Notes under the pieces: model-generated
The model's input: only the letters and a program-made list of their open reading frames with translations
The model's database searches: none
What the model was told of the DNA's origin: nothing
Position numbers and translations under genes: made by a program
From: Candidatus Latescibacterota bacterium
GTDB lineage: Bacteria > Latescibacterota > UBA2968 > GCA-2709665
Direction: 5' to 3'
DNA: 64,000 nucleotides
Assembly: GCA_965116875.1 (NCBI GenBank)
Contig: OZ220733.1
Coordinates: 4,832,001-4,896,000, forward strand
Shown: positions 29,225 to 39,698 of the stretch, in pieces
How positions within the stretch are numbered: position 1 is the stretch's first letter
How the letters are laid out: each line of letters opens with the position of its first letter

Positions 29225-31726
29225 TCAGTGAGGGACCCCGTGCCGGTGCATCCTGCGATGGATGGCCTCCCGCGCCTCCAGAAACGGCCGCTCAAGGTAT
29301 GCCATGTGGTCCTCCTCCCCGTGGTGGTGGGTGACCTCTCCCGGCCGGTGCTGCCGGCTGTTGAGTTGCATGTATGAGATACAGCCGTCCACCAGCGTCA
29401 ACATATACCTCGCCGTTTCAGAATTGAACATCCACCATTCGCCGCCACAGGAAATGTAGACCGGTGAGGTATGCGCCATGATCCCGCGACCCCAGCCGTC
29501 CAGGTGCGGGACCGCTTCGAAATAGCCCGGCCCCCCGCAGCGCGCTGCCAGCCACGAGTGCCCGCCCACGTCGATATCCGCTTTCACACGCAGCTTTCGC
29601 GTACCTCCGGGCTCCTCCGTTGAAGCAACGACCCGACCGTTCTGTACGATCTGAAGCGTATGGATGGGCAGCACGCTTTCGGCCTCCGCAACGGCTTCGA
29701 CCGTACCCCCGTTACCCGGGAGCCTCATCGTGTCGCCGATCTCGTGGCCGTCCACCGTGAACCGGATGATCGGCCCCCCGCTGTGAAAGGTCCGTCCGGC
29801 GGCCATGTTCCTGCACCAGGTTTCGTAGGTGAACGGCTCATCTTCCGGGATTCTCACGTACGTCCTGTAAATGCCCACGGGCACGTCGCTGCTCATCTTG
29901 TCGGTGCCGCCCACAAGCGGCAGCCTGTACCCGCAATTGAGGTAACGATAGTATTCGTGATGATTGTACGCGGTATGCCTGAGCATCTCAACCGCGTCGG
30001 CCCGCCCCGTGGCGATGAGCGCCGCGGGCTCGCCGTTGGGATTGGGCAAATGTGGAATGACGACGGTTCCGCCCTGCGCGTGACATCGGTCCGCCCAATC
30101 CGACATCGTCACTTCGAGGGTTCCACCCATCTCCGCTTCTCCCGGACCGTCGGAACACCAGGGCATCACGGTCTCTTTCAGACCGAGCAGAATCAGGTGC
30201 CCCAGAAAATGCTGCCTGTTTTCGGAACCGACGTAGACGATGCTGCTCCCGTCCGGTGACACGCTCGCCCTGCCGGTGAACTCCTCGGTGCTGGTAAAGA
30301 GGTTGCCCCACTGCGAAGGCAGCAGGTTGACAACGTTGAGGTCCTCCCCCTGCGCCTCGGTGTGGCTTCCCTGCGTGGAGAGAAAGTGGACGTGCGAATC
30401 TCCGCTGAACCATCTCTCGTCATTCATGCGGCACCAGCGTTTCAACCGCAGTTCCAGTTCCCGTTGCCCGGGTCTGATCTCCACCGCGGTTCGTAACGGT
30501 TCGTATTCGAATCCCCTCGCCACGTCCACGATGACCCTGCCTCTTGGCATCCAGCCCTGACAGGCGCCGTCCGTGTACGCGTACGTAATCTGACCCAGCC
30601 GGACGTCGCCGCCCACGTCGATATGCCAGGTACCCAGGTTGGAATTCACATGCGGATGGTGACCGTGCGGCGCGTAGGGTATCCCCTCGGGAGACCGGAA
30701 GTGAACCCGGCAGGGTACGGATTGCCCCGTCTCGTCGTCCACCACGCGTGTGTGCACCCAGTTGCGGCCGCGGTTCACGACCTCGACCTTCAATGCCGCG
30801 GTCTCGACGCTTCCCTGCTTTTCCAACTCACCCCAGTTGACGGCGCCGAGGGTCTCGTCGCCCTGCGTCACCGTGACGGTTGCCGAGGGTATCGCGGCCA
30901 CCTCGACATAGGCGGGACTGCCTGACGGATTCTGCGGTTCCCCCCATCCCTTCCTGCTGTCCCTCAGGAACGATTCCGACGACTGCTCCGGCAGCGGAAA
31001 GGGGTACGTGGCGATACCCCGGTCCACCTTCACGTCCAGGTCGAACGGATTTTCAGCGTCCTCGCGCTCCCGCAGCGTGATCAGCACCTCCCGCGGGGCC
31101 TCCCGGGAAAACGGATGCTCGTCGACGTGGCCCAGCGTGATGCCGCCGATGACGAACCGGGGACCCGCGGGGATCACCTCAAGCCGTTCGATGACCCGAT
31201 CGGGGTGTGAATTCTCCCAGACCCAGAGCGTAAAATCCCTCGATCTCCCCTGGTACGCTTCGGTCTGCCTGCGCCCGGCGTCACCCCACCGTCCCTCGTG
31301 GCGCGGCAGCATGCCGTCGGTCCGGTCCTGCACCGCAACGAAGGGAAGCCCGGCGGACGCGGGTACGGCGCCGATCTCGAACCGGTCCCGGATGGCCGCC
31401 GAAACGACAACGCCGCCTTCAAGATGGAATCGATATTCCGCCACCCGTTCGCCGATCGGACCGTTGTCCGGAATCCGCGAATCGAGCAGCCGGTGCGCCA
31501 CGATGACCCGCCGCGCCGTCTTCCGGACCTGGATCGATGCCGGCTGGTCCGGAATTCCGTCGCCGAAACCCAGCAGACAGGGTGCTTTCTTCGCGTCATC
31601 GCTACCGATCAGAAACGGCAGCCCCTGGTAGTGCCGGACGCCGGCAGAAAGGTCCCGACTCTCGCCGAGATGCTCCTGTCCGGCGTTGCACATGCCGGAC
31701 AGATCCAGTGGTTCGTACGCGTCCAT
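29225..31726 (-). CDS. CehA/McbA-type PHP-fold metallohydrolase, paralog 1
   Basis: RGFEY, SGDSHVH, ENRQHFLGH, GGTVVIPH, GGTDK, AHTSPVY; colinear with 24202-26694. Confidence 0.8.
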   Translation of the reverse strand: MDAYEPLDLSGMCNAGQEHLGESRDLSAGVRHYQGLPFLIGSDDAKKAPCLLGFGDGIPDQPASIQVRKTARRVIVAHRLLDSRIPDNGPIGERVAEYRFHLEGGVVVSAAIRDRFEIGAVPASAGLPFVAVQDRTDGMLPRHEGRWGDAGRRQTEAYQGRSRDFTLWVWENSHPDRVIERLEVIPAGPRFVIGGITLGHVDEHPFSREAPREVLITLREREDAENPFDLDVKVDRGIATYPFPLPEQSSESFLRDSRKGWGEPQNPSGSPAYVEVAAIPSATVTVTQGDETLGAVNWGELEKQGSVETAALKVEVVNRGRNWVHTRVVDDETGQSVPCRVHFRSPEGIPYAPHGHHPHVNSNLGTWHIDVGGDVRLGQITYAYTDGACQGWMPRGRVIVDVARGFEYEPLRTAVEIRPGQRELELRLKRWCRMNDERWFSGDSHVHFLSTQGSHTEAQGEDLNVVNLLPSQWGNLFTSTEEFTGRASVSPDGSSIVYVGSENRQHFLGHLILLGLKETVMPWCSDGPGEAEMGGTLEVTMSDWADRCHAQGGTVVIPHLPNPNGEPAALIATGRADAVEMLRHTAYNHHEYYRYLNCGYRLPLVGGTDKMSSDVPVGIYRTYVRIPEDEPFTYETWCRNMAAGRTFHSGGPIIRFTVDGHEIGDTMRLPGNGGTVEAVAEAESVLPIHTLQIVQNGRVVASTEEPGGTRKLRVKADIDVGGHSWLAARCGGPGYFEAVPHLDGWGRGIMAHTSPVYISCGGEWWMFNSETARYMLTLVDGCISYMQLNSRQHRPGEVTHHHGEEDHMAYLERPFLEAREAIHRRMHRHGVPH

Positions 31727-31760
31727 ACCGGTTCCCCCCTGTCGATGCGTTCCGTCTACG

Positions 31761-32726
31761 CTATGTCACCCGGTTGCGCGGGTGACCCTCCAGAAACGCA
31801 ATGACGTTGTCCACGGCGCCGCCGTTCAGCAGATCGACCCCTTCCGGGGTCATATCGGCGCAGTGAGGCGTCAACACCACCTGTTCGCAGGTCAGCAGCG
31901 GATGAGACGGCGGTACCGGCTCTTCGTCGTACACGTCGATGGCTGCGCCAGCCAGACGTCCGGTCCGGAGCGCGGCAACGAGCGCATCCGTGTCGACCAC
32001 CGGCCCCCTGGCGCCATTCACCAGAATCGCGCTGTCTTTCATGAGTGAGAATTCCCGCGAACCGATCATACCGCGACTGTCGTCAGTCAGCGCCACGTGC
32101 ATGCTGACGACGTCGGCCTTCGAAAGCAACTCATCCAGCGCTACGAAACGCACGCCCAGCCTTTCGGCCCGCTCCTCAGACGGATGGTACGTCCACGCAA
32201 TGACCTCCATCCCGATCGCGCGCCCGAGCCTGGCCATTTCGGCCCCGCTGTTTCCAGCGCCCACAATGCCCAGTACCTTGCCCTGGAGGTAGATGCCGTC
32301 CATCCTGGGCCACTCGCCCGCCTGCATGCGTTTCGTGAAATACGCCGCGCGTTTCGCCGCGGCGAACATCAGTCCGAACATGTGCTCGGCCACCACCGGC
32401 GCCGTCCGTCCAGGCTGATTGCAGATCACGATCCCGTGGTCGCGGGCAGCGTCGAGGTCGAACATGTCCGTGCCGATCGAGCAACTCGTTATCATCCGCA
32501 GACCGGGCAACCGTTCGAATTCCTCCCGGCCCCAGGTAACGACCCCCCGCGTGTTTATGATGACGCCCGCACCCTGCGCGCGTTCGACTTTCTCAGCGGT
32601 CGACTCCGGCCTCGAGTCGTACAAAACCACCTGTCCGTATGGCGCGAGGCGGTCCAGGTGACCGGACCCGGCGATCATCACGGGATCGTCTCCCGGGACC
32701 ACCATCCTGACGGTTCCCTCTCCCAT
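31761..32726 (-). CDS. D-2-hydroxyacid dehydrogenase family protein
   Basis: VGAGNSG, MHVAL, NGARG, DVYDEEP, TPHCA. Confidence 0.9.
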   Translation of the reverse strand: MGEGTVRMVVPGDDPVMIAGSGHLDRLAPYGQVVLYDSRPESTAEKVERAQGAGVIINTRGVVTWGREEFERLPGLRMITSCSIGTDMFDLDAARDHGIVICNQPGRTAPVVAEHMFGLMFAAAKRAAYFTKRMQAGEWPRMDGIYLQGKVLGIVGAGNSGAEMARLGRAIGMEVIAWTYHPSEERAERLGVRFVALDELLSKADVVSMHVALTDDSRGMIGSREFSLMKDSAILVNGARGPVVDTDALVAALRTGRLAGAAIDVYDEEPVPPSHPLLTCEQVVLTPHCADMTPEGVDLLNGGAVDNVIAFLEGHPRNRVT

Positions 32727-32809
32727 TTCATACCCTCCAGTGTTTCCTTTTCTGACGACGCGGGTGCGGAACGCCGTGCACAATCGCGCGGTTGAACGTC
32801 CTGAATCGC

Positions 32810-34000
32810 CTACTCGCCCTTTGCCGATCGCCCCGGACCATCCGAGGCCAGAGTGGACAACGCACAAAGCAGCAGGTCGATCTCCTCCTCGAGAAGGAAA
32901 AAAGGAACGCTGGCGCGGAGTCCGCGCCGCGTTGTGTCGAACGCCTTGACGACGATGCGCCAGCGTCTCCTCAGCGCATCCCTTACGTCCGGAGGCTGCC
33001 ATCCATCCAGGTTGAATGCGACCAGGGCGGCAGACTGTTCGGGGCGCACGGGCGTGATCAGCCTGACGCCCGGAATCTCGGTCAACCCCTGCTTCAAACG
33101 GGTTGTCAGCGACGCGGTGCGCGCCCAGATCGCCTCGAGTCCGATGCCCGTAAGGTATTCCACCGCAACGCCCCACGCATGAACAAGCGGCCAGGACCAT
33201 GGCCCGAATTCAAACCTCTCCGAACTTTCCTTGAGTGCAAATCGATCTTCCCGGAAGTCCACCCACGCCTGCGCGCGCCCGCCGGCATAGGTAACGCGGA
33301 TCCGATCCCTGCTGTCCTTTCTCGCGTACAGGGCCCCTGCGGCGTAAGGCGAATACATCCACTTGTAGGAGAGAATTCCGGCAAAATCGCAGCCGAGTCC
33401 GTTCAGGTCGATCGGGTACAACCCAGCTGAATGCGCCATGTCCAGAAAACTGATAACGCCGCGCTCCCTTGCCGCGGCACAGATCCGTTCGGCGGGCAGA
33501 CGGTACCCGGTTTCGGAAATGACATGGCTCAGCCCGATGAGCCGCGTGCGCTCCGTGATTCGCGTGACGACCGCCTCCACCTGCTCGTCCGGATCGTCCG
33601 CCAGAGGTACCTTGTCCACGACAACGCCGTACAGGTCGCGCAAATGCAGGCAGGGCACCAGCAGCGCCACCTCCTCTTCTTCCGAGATCAGGATGCGGTC
33701 ACCGGGATGCCAGTCCAGGCCGCGTATGACGGTCTGAAACGCTTCGCTCACGCCACGCATCAGGGCCAGGTCGCCGGGCGTAACGCCGAAAAACGACGTC
33801 AGCTTCTCCCGGGTCCGCTCGCGACGGGGATATTCCTCGTCCGGAAAGGCAATGTGCATTGGACCGCGTTCCCACAGTTCCCGCATCAGTCCGATATGCG
33901 CCTTCGCCACGGGCGCCGGGGTAATGCTCACGCCCCCGTTCTGGAACCAGACGAAGGTATCCAATGCCGGAAAGTCCGACCTGATCCTTCCGATATCCAT
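32810..34000 (-). CDS. Class V PLP-dependent enzyme (selenocysteine lyase/isopenicillin N epimerase-like)
   Basis: IRSDFPAL, SHV..ETG, LDMAHSAG, SYKWMYSP (PLP lysine), RFEFG. Confidence 0.88.
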   Translation of the reverse strand: MDIGRIRSDFPALDTFVWFQNGGVSITPAPVAKAHIGLMRELWERGPMHIAFPDEEYPRRERTREKLTSFFGVTPGDLALMRGVSEAFQTVIRGLDWHPGDRILISEEEEVALLVPCLHLRDLYGVVVDKVPLADDPDEQVEAVVTRITERTRLIGLSHVISETGYRLPAERICAAARERGVISFLDMAHSAGLYPIDLNGLGCDFAGILSYKWMYSPYAAGALYARKDSRDRIRVTYAGGRAQAWVDFREDRFALKESSERFEFGPWSWPLVHAWGVAVEYLTGIGLEAIWARTASLTTRLKQGLTEIPGVRLITPVRPEQSAALVAFNLDGWQPPDVRDALRRRWRIVVKAFDTTRRGLRASVPFFLLEEEIDLLLCALSTLASDGPGRSAKGE

Positions 34001-34069
34001 TGTTCCGTGCCCCGATTGTATTCCTGAAATCCGAAACCCGCGTCCGGCATCCCTGTGCGGCCCGTCGCA

Positions 34070-34975
34070 CTACTGCCAGTGGGCGGGCAGAATAACGTCC
34101 TTCAGTCCCAGATGGCGCGCGATCCAACGCTCCTGAAAGACGCCATCCTTGTAGCGGGAGTGCTCCGAGTTGCGGACCTCCGCGGCGCCCGGCATGGCGT
34201 GGACCATCGCCCCGAGCAACCGCCGGCTGCCCCAGAGCAGGGTCGGCACTGTGATCCCCGGAACAAAAAACAGGGGGTCGAAATAGGAAACCGTGCGTGC
34301 GACCCGGTCGCGGCGGTCAGGGAACTGGCGCAGGTACTCGTTGACCTCTTCCAGCGGATAGCTGTCCGTTCCCTCCGCCCGGTCCATCGTGCCATAGAAG
34401 AAGGACGGGGAAGCGACAACGTGCGTCATTCCGCCGCGTAGCGCCGCGGCAAGCAGCGGCATCTCGTTCTGTCCGATCCCCACGATTCGTTTCCGGTCCG
34501 CTTCCGGGCGGGTGAGCACATAGTCCATCGCACGGCAACAGTCGGCCACGATACCTCGCAGGACGTAGGCCTCGGGGTCTTCGATGCCGTCCACGAACAG
34601 CCCGGGGAACGACGCGGAATAGGGTACGTCGGCGTTGCGTTGTCCCCGTGCCGCCATCGCGAAAACCAGGAAACGGCCCTGCTTTTCGATTGCGTCTCCC
34701 TGCGGAAGCGGCTCCACCACGCTCTGCAGACGCGTGAAATACACCAGTGCCGGAAATGGACCCTCCCCGTGGGGGATACTCAGATAGCCGAACAGCCGGT
34801 ACGGCCCGATGCCCGTGAAACGCACACCGTATGTCGTTGAGAAATCGGTACACCGGATCGGCATGACTTCCGCCTCGGGCGCCATCGGGGTGGCGTCCAG
34901 CGCTTCCATCGTGCGACTCCAGTACGCATCGAAATCATCGGGCCTGGACGTAGTCGGTTGGAAGTGATCGTGCAT
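34070..34975 (-). CDS. Acetylxylan esterase/cephalosporin-C deacetylase (CE7) homolog lacking the catalytic Ser
   Basis: RPDDFDAYW, RGQ, YPLEE conserved; nucleophile elbow reads GIGQNE. Confidence 0.75.
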   Translation of the reverse strand: MHDHFQPTTSRPDDFDAYWSRTMEALDATPMAPEAEVMPIRCTDFSTTYGVRFTGIGPYRLFGYLSIPHGEGPFPALVYFTRLQSVVEPLPQGDAIEKQGRFLVFAMAARGQRNADVPYSASFPGLFVDGIEDPEAYVLRGIVADCCRAMDYVLTRPEADRKRIVGIGQNEMPLLAAALRGGMTHVVASPSFFYGTMDRAEGTDSYPLEEVNEYLRQFPDRRDRVARTVSYFDPLFFVPGITVPTLLWGSRRLLGAMVHAMPGAAEVRNSEHSRYKDGVFQERWIARHLGLKDVILPAHWQ

Positions 34976-35032
34976 CGACGCGTTCTCCGTGATCCTGGAG
35001 GGCAGCTGAAGTCCGGCCTCCGGGATTCGCAG

Positions 35033-35962
35033 TCAAGGGTGATTCTTCAGATGTTTCTCGAAAAATGCGCGTATCACGGCGCCGTGCTCCACGGCGCCCG
35101 CATCGTGTCCGTGGCCGTCGTAGGCATACATTCGCTTGTTGCTCGACGCGATTGCGCGGAAAGCCGCGTACCCGGTTTCCGGTGGACAGATATTGTCCTG
35201 CAGACCCACGTTGACGATGATCGGACACGAAATCAGCGGTCCGAAGTGAATCCCGTCGAAATACCCGAGCGTCTGCCTTACAGCGGCCTCCCTCTCGGGA
35301 TACAGCCTCAGATAGTCGCGTATTTCCTGATAGGGATAGGTATGTGTGAGCTGGATCGCGTCCATGAATCCGCACAGATAGGGCGCTCCCGCGGCCCCGG
35401 CCCTCGGGTTTCTCAGCGCGGCAACCACAAGCGTCAACCCGCCGCCCTGACTGCTTCCGGTCACGCCGATCCGCTCTGAATCCACCTCCTCCCTGCCCGC
35501 CATAAAGTCGAATCCGCGCACGGCATCGATATAAAACCCGCGATAGGAGTAGGTATTCCGGTCCACGATGTTGTGCGTCAACAGCCCTGGATATCCGGGA
35601 TTGAACTGTCCGTTGCTCCTGAGTTTTCCCCGCGGTGCGACGCTGAAAACCGCGTACCCCTCAAGGGCTTCCTGTTTTGGCAAACGGGGTTCCCCGATGT
35701 ACCCTGGAACATGGAGGATCGCGGGCAGCGTCCTCTCGCGTCTCACAGGCAGGCAGTACCAGCCCGCGATCCTGACGTCGTCGATACTGTCGAAGTGGAC
35801 GTCAAAAACGTCCACTTCGGGGGTGGACCGCAGCGAGCTGTGTTCCACGGAACTGTTCAGGGGAATTCGCTCCGCGGAATCGACCACGTCGGTCCAGAAC
35901 GCATCGAAATCACCGGGGCGCACCATGGATGAACCGTAATTCTCAATTGCGACTCTTCCCAT
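35033..35962 (-). CDS. Acetylxylan esterase/cephalosporin-C deacetylase (CE7)
   Basis: RPGDFDAFW, GSSQGG, GLQDNICPP, GHGH triad. Confidence 0.9.
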   Translation of the reverse strand: MGRVAIENYGSSMVRPGDFDAFWTDVVDSAERIPLNSSVEHSSLRSTPEVDVFDVHFDSIDDVRIAGWYCLPVRRERTLPAILHVPGYIGEPRLPKQEALEGYAVFSVAPRGKLRSNGQFNPGYPGLLTHNIVDRNTYSYRGFYIDAVRGFDFMAGREEVDSERIGVTGSSQGGGLTLVVAALRNPRAGAAGAPYLCGFMDAIQLTHTYPYQEIRDYLRLYPEREAAVRQTLGYFDGIHFGPLISCPIIVNVGLQDNICPPETGYAAFRAIASSNKRMYAYDGHGHDAGAVEHGAVIRAFFEKHLKNHP

Positions 35963-35987
35963 GCAACCTCCGTCTGTTTGCGAACGG

Positions 35988-37928
35988 TCAGCCCGTTGGG
36001 CCGAACGCCCGGACGACGACGGAACTCTCCGCTCCGCGGCGTCCGAATGCGTTCACGGGCCTCACGGACAGCGTGTTCACCTGCCCGTTCAGGCGCCACT
36101 CGAAGGCGGACTCCGCTCTTTCCTGCCAGATCCCGCTATCGATGCGTACTTCGAATCCCCTCAAATTCGCGGTTTCCGTATCCAGCATCACGCGAAGCGT
36201 ATCCGGTTCGTCTGCCTGCTGAAGGTGAATCTCGGCCCGATTCAGCGTCCAGTAGAGGTCTCCCGGACGCTCCGTACGTTCGGAGAACCAGGGCAACGGC
36301 GTGGTGTCCGCGTCCTGCCAGAACAGATATCTGTTAAAATGGTAGGAGATCTTTCCATGCTCTGGCTCTCCCGGCCCCATGGTTTCCAGTTCGTCGTTCC
36401 GAAGGGAGATCATGAACCGTTCGAACAACCGCAAGCGCTCCTTCACCTGAAATCTCCCGGCAATCGATGGCGGCGGCTCCGGGACGATTCCTACGTCTGC
36501 AAAATCCTGTTCCACCCACGCGCGGTGCGCTTCCAGCGCCGAGAGCGGCACCCCCCGGCGTTCGAAGTGGTACGTGAATTTCGTCTCGTCGTTGGAATCT
36601 CCGCCGACGTCCATGGCCACCCATTTGCCGTGCTCGTTCGACCAGACTTCGTTGATGCAGTGTGAACGCATGATCTGGGTGCGCGCTGTGAATCCCAGCG
36701 CCGCGGCGCAATGTGACATCACGGTCGCATAGTGCGTACACATTCCGAGGCTCAGCTTACGGCTTGCGAGACTCAGTATGACCATGGCGTCCCAAGGAGG
36801 ACAGAAGTCGATGTCACCCATGTTCCAGCCGTCCTCCCATTGCTCCCTCACCCACTGCCGCAGATGAAGGAACGCCTCGAACTCGGATTTCGCGGGACGG
36901 ATGACATCGTCGAGTTTCCAGCGATCCCTCAGGATCCGTCCCCGTTTTGAATCCGCCGGCAGATGTGAAAACCGGTAGGAACTGCGAACCAGCGCAGGGT
37001 TTTGGGAACCGACGATGCGGGCCGCCGGCCTGGCAGCCCGTGACGTGACCGCAAGCGATACTGCCACCACCTCAGGCGTCTGCGACGGCTGATCGGTCTG
37101 CAGGACGATACGCCACTGCAAGAACCGGACGGCGCCGCCCGGAACGATTGATTCGGATGCCGGCGCCCACGCCGTCCAGGTCTTCGGGCAGTAAGCCGGA
37201 CACGATCCGCCACGCCACTGCAGTCGCGCGGAACAACCCTCGGGCGTCCGGACGTCGGCCGACAACCGGATCTCGTCCACGCGGCCCGCGGCGGCAATCC
37301 CGCCCTCCGAAACAAGCCCGAGCAAATCCACGGCATTGGAACAGACTTCGCCCGATGCGACAAATTGGTCCAGCCAGAGCCGGACCATGTACTCCCCGCG
37401 GGCGCGGTCATTGACGCCCATAGACTCCGTACGCCAGGTCTGACCGCCGTCGTCGCTTACGGCGCTTCGCCCCGGCTGAACACTCTCCTCCACCAGAAGT
37501 GTCCACACGGCGTCGCCGAGGGCCCTGAAAATCACCTCGTTGCGACCCTCCCTGAGCCAGCCGGCGGAAATCTCCAGCGGCCGCCACCGGTCCTGCCAGT
37601 ATTCGCGGTCACCCGACCAGCCGACCCTCAGCGAATGACCGTTTACCAGGACCTCCATCCCACCGTCGGCCCGGTCACAAAGGAGGTACGGACAGAGAAG
37701 CGCGCCGGAAGCATCCACTGACGGGATGAGAAACGACTTGCGGGCCTGCCGCAGCCCGAAAATCTCTTCCCGATCGTTCGTACTGCAATTGCCCATTTCG
37801 TCCGCGACCGTAACGCCGCGCCGGAGCAGGACGGTGTTTCCAGGGACGGAGATTCCCCTGCCTGTACACGCCACGAAATCCCGGCGGGACCGCCAGACTC
37901 TGGTGCCGTGCGCCAACGTCATGCCCAC
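35988..37928 (-). CDS. Transglutaminase-like domain protein
   Basis: GMCTHYA, HCINEVW, KWVAMD (Cys-His-Asp triad); beta-rich N-terminal region and Ig-like C-terminus. Confidence 0.75.
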   Translation of the reverse strand: MGMTLAHGTRVWRSRRDFVACTGRGISVPGNTVLLRRGVTVADEMGNCSTNDREEIFGLRQARKSFLIPSVDASGALLCPYLLCDRADGGMEVLVNGHSLRVGWSGDREYWQDRWRPLEISAGWLREGRNEVIFRALGDAVWTLLVEESVQPGRSAVSDDGGQTWRTESMGVNDRARGEYMVRLWLDQFVASGEVCSNAVDLLGLVSEGGIAAAGRVDEIRLSADVRTPEGCSARLQWRGGSCPAYCPKTWTAWAPASESIVPGGAVRFLQWRIVLQTDQPSQTPEVVAVSLAVTSRAARPAARIVGSQNPALVRSSYRFSHLPADSKRGRILRDRWKLDDVIRPAKSEFEAFLHLRQWVREQWEDGWNMGDIDFCPPWDAMVILSLASRKLSLGMCTHYATVMSHCAAALGFTARTQIMRSHCINEVWSNEHGKWVAMDVGGDSNDETKFTYHFERRGVPLSALEAHRAWVEQDFADVGIVPEPPPSIAGRFQVKERLRLFERFMISLRNDELETMGPGEPEHGKISYHFNRYLFWQDADTTPLPWFSERTERPGDLYWTLNRAEIHLQQADEPDTLRVMLDTETANLRGFEVRIDSGIWQERAESAFEWRLNGQVNTLSVRPVNAFGRRGAESSVVVRAFGPTG

Positions 37929-38179
37929 CTCCCGTTGAGATCGATAATTTGCGCCGTCATCGGTGATTCACTATATTTGGAAACCCGCGTGTGCCGGCGG
38001 CAACAGGGGGGATGTCCGCCCGGTTTCCATTGGCCCTTCCGGGGCGACAAACAGACCGCGCGAACCGGCGCCCGCACCGGTTTAATTCGGAAAAACACCG
38101 GAAACGACGCCGATGCAACGGGTGAACGCCCGGATTCCGGCGAAGCGAGTCCACGGGAACCCGCAACAGGGATTGTCTC

Positions 38180-39652
38180 ATGCAAGGTGGAGACATCGTC
38201 CGCATTGGACATCTGAAGACCATCGAGGCTTTTCAGAAACGCCTCGAGGACCTCTGCCTGGCGTTGCCATCCGACAGGGACATCCTCACAGCGACCGATT
38301 CTCCACTCGCACAACCCTTCCCTTTCAGCCCGGAATCCATCGGCAATCGGTTTGCAATCCATCCAATGGAAGGATGGGACGGGCTCACCGATGGAAATCC
38401 TTCGGATTACACCCGCCGCCGGTGGCGCCATTTCGGACTCAGCGGAGCAAAACTGATCTGGGGAGGGGAGGCGATTGCCGTTCGACCCGAGGCCCGTGCA
38501 AACCCCAACCAGCTGTACGCGGCGGAACACACCCGCCGCGGCCTCGCCGAACTGCTGGAGATCCTTCGAGCAGCCCATCGACAACACGTTGGCGGCACGG
38601 ACGATCTGGTTGTCGGTCTGCAACTCACGCACTCGGGACGGTTCTGCCGGCCCACGCACGAAAGCGGGATGGAACCCAGAATCCTGTACAGGCACCCCAT
38701 CCTGGACTCCAGATTCGGTTTGGGACCGAAGCACCCCGTGATGTCAGATGCGGAGATACGATCCGTTATAGACGATTACGTGAAAGCCGCGCGAATGGCG
38801 GCTGATCTGGGCTACCAGTTCGTGGACGTCAAACATTGCCACGGTTATCTGGGACACGAATTCCTGAGCGCCGTCACACGCGACGGTCCCTACGGAGGCA
38901 CGCTCGAAAACCGGACCCGATTTCTCCGTGAGATTGTACAGGGCATCCGGGCCGTCGCTCCGGATCTCCGGATTGGTGTGCGACTGAGCGCGTTTGACTT
39001 TGTTCCGTTCCGGCCGGACCCGAAACGGTCTGACGGTTCCAGAAAGGGCGCCGGCGTACCGGAAGACTTCGACCACTGTCTGCCTTATGCATTCGGATTC
39101 GGCGCCAATCCCAAAAATCCCGTGGTACCAGACCTCACCGAACCCTATCAGTTTCTCGACTTACTCGAACGTCTGGGCATACAACTGGTCAATCTTTCGG
39201 CCGGCAGCCCGTATTACAACCCCCACATTCAGCGTCCCGCGTATTATCCGCCCTCAGACGGATACCAGCCTCCTGAAGATCCCCTCGTTGGCGTCGCGCG
39301 CCAGATTGACGTGGTTCGGCGGATCAAGGCACGGCATCCCGACCTGATTGTGGTGGGTACAGGCTATTCTTACCTTCAGGAATTCCTGCCGCACGTCGCT
39401 CAAGCGCTCGTTCGCAATCAACAGGTCGACTTTATCGGCCTGGGCAGGATGGTCCTTTCCTATCCACAGCTTCCTCTGGACGTACTCAGGAAAGGAGAAT
39501 TAAACACCAGGGTAATCTGTCGGACGTTCAGTGACTGCACGACCGCTCCCAGGAACGGGATGATATCGGGTTGCTTTCCACTGGATACGAACTATAAAAA
39601 AACCCCTGAAGCCAAACGCCTCAGGGAAATTAAGAAAGCCCTCCGTTCCTAG
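38180..39652 (+). CDS. NADH:flavin oxidoreductase (Old Yellow Enzyme family)
   Basis: [42 protein letters not shown]-terminal CRTFSDC. Confidence 0.9.
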   Translation: MQGGDIVRIGHLKTIEAFQKRLEDLCLALPSDRDILTATDSPLAQPFPFSPESIGNRFAIHPMEGWDGLTDGNPSDYTRRRWRHFGLSGAKLIWGGEAIAVRPEARANPNQLYAAEHTRRGLAELLEILRAAHRQHVGGTDDLVVGLQLTHSGRFCRPTHESGMEPRILYRHPILDSRFGLGPKHPVMSDAEIRSVIDDYVKAARMAADLGYQFVDVKHCHGYLGHEFLSAVTRDGPYGGTLENRTRFLREIVQGIRAVAPDLRIGVRLSAFDFVPFRPDPKRSDGSRKGAGVPEDFDHCLPYAFGFGANPKNPVVPDLTEPYQFLDLLERLGIQLVNLSAGSPYYNPHIQRPAYYPPSDGYQPPEDPLVGVARQIDVVRRIKARHPDLIVVGTGYSYLQEFLPHVAQALVRNQQVDFIGLGRMVLSYPQLPLDVLRKGELNTRVICRTFSDCTTAPRNGMISGCFPLDTNYKKTPEAKRLREIKKALRS

Positions 39653-39698
39653 CAAGGGTAAAGCGGCGCGCCGCCCGGTAGCGCCGCGCATGGTGCGC

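Noticed and set aside
32810-35962. Cephalosporin biosynthesis or resistance cluster (cefD-like + cephalosporin deacetylase)
   Set aside because: No NRPS, IPNS or expandase; both families are broad, so this is kept only as a substrate to test.
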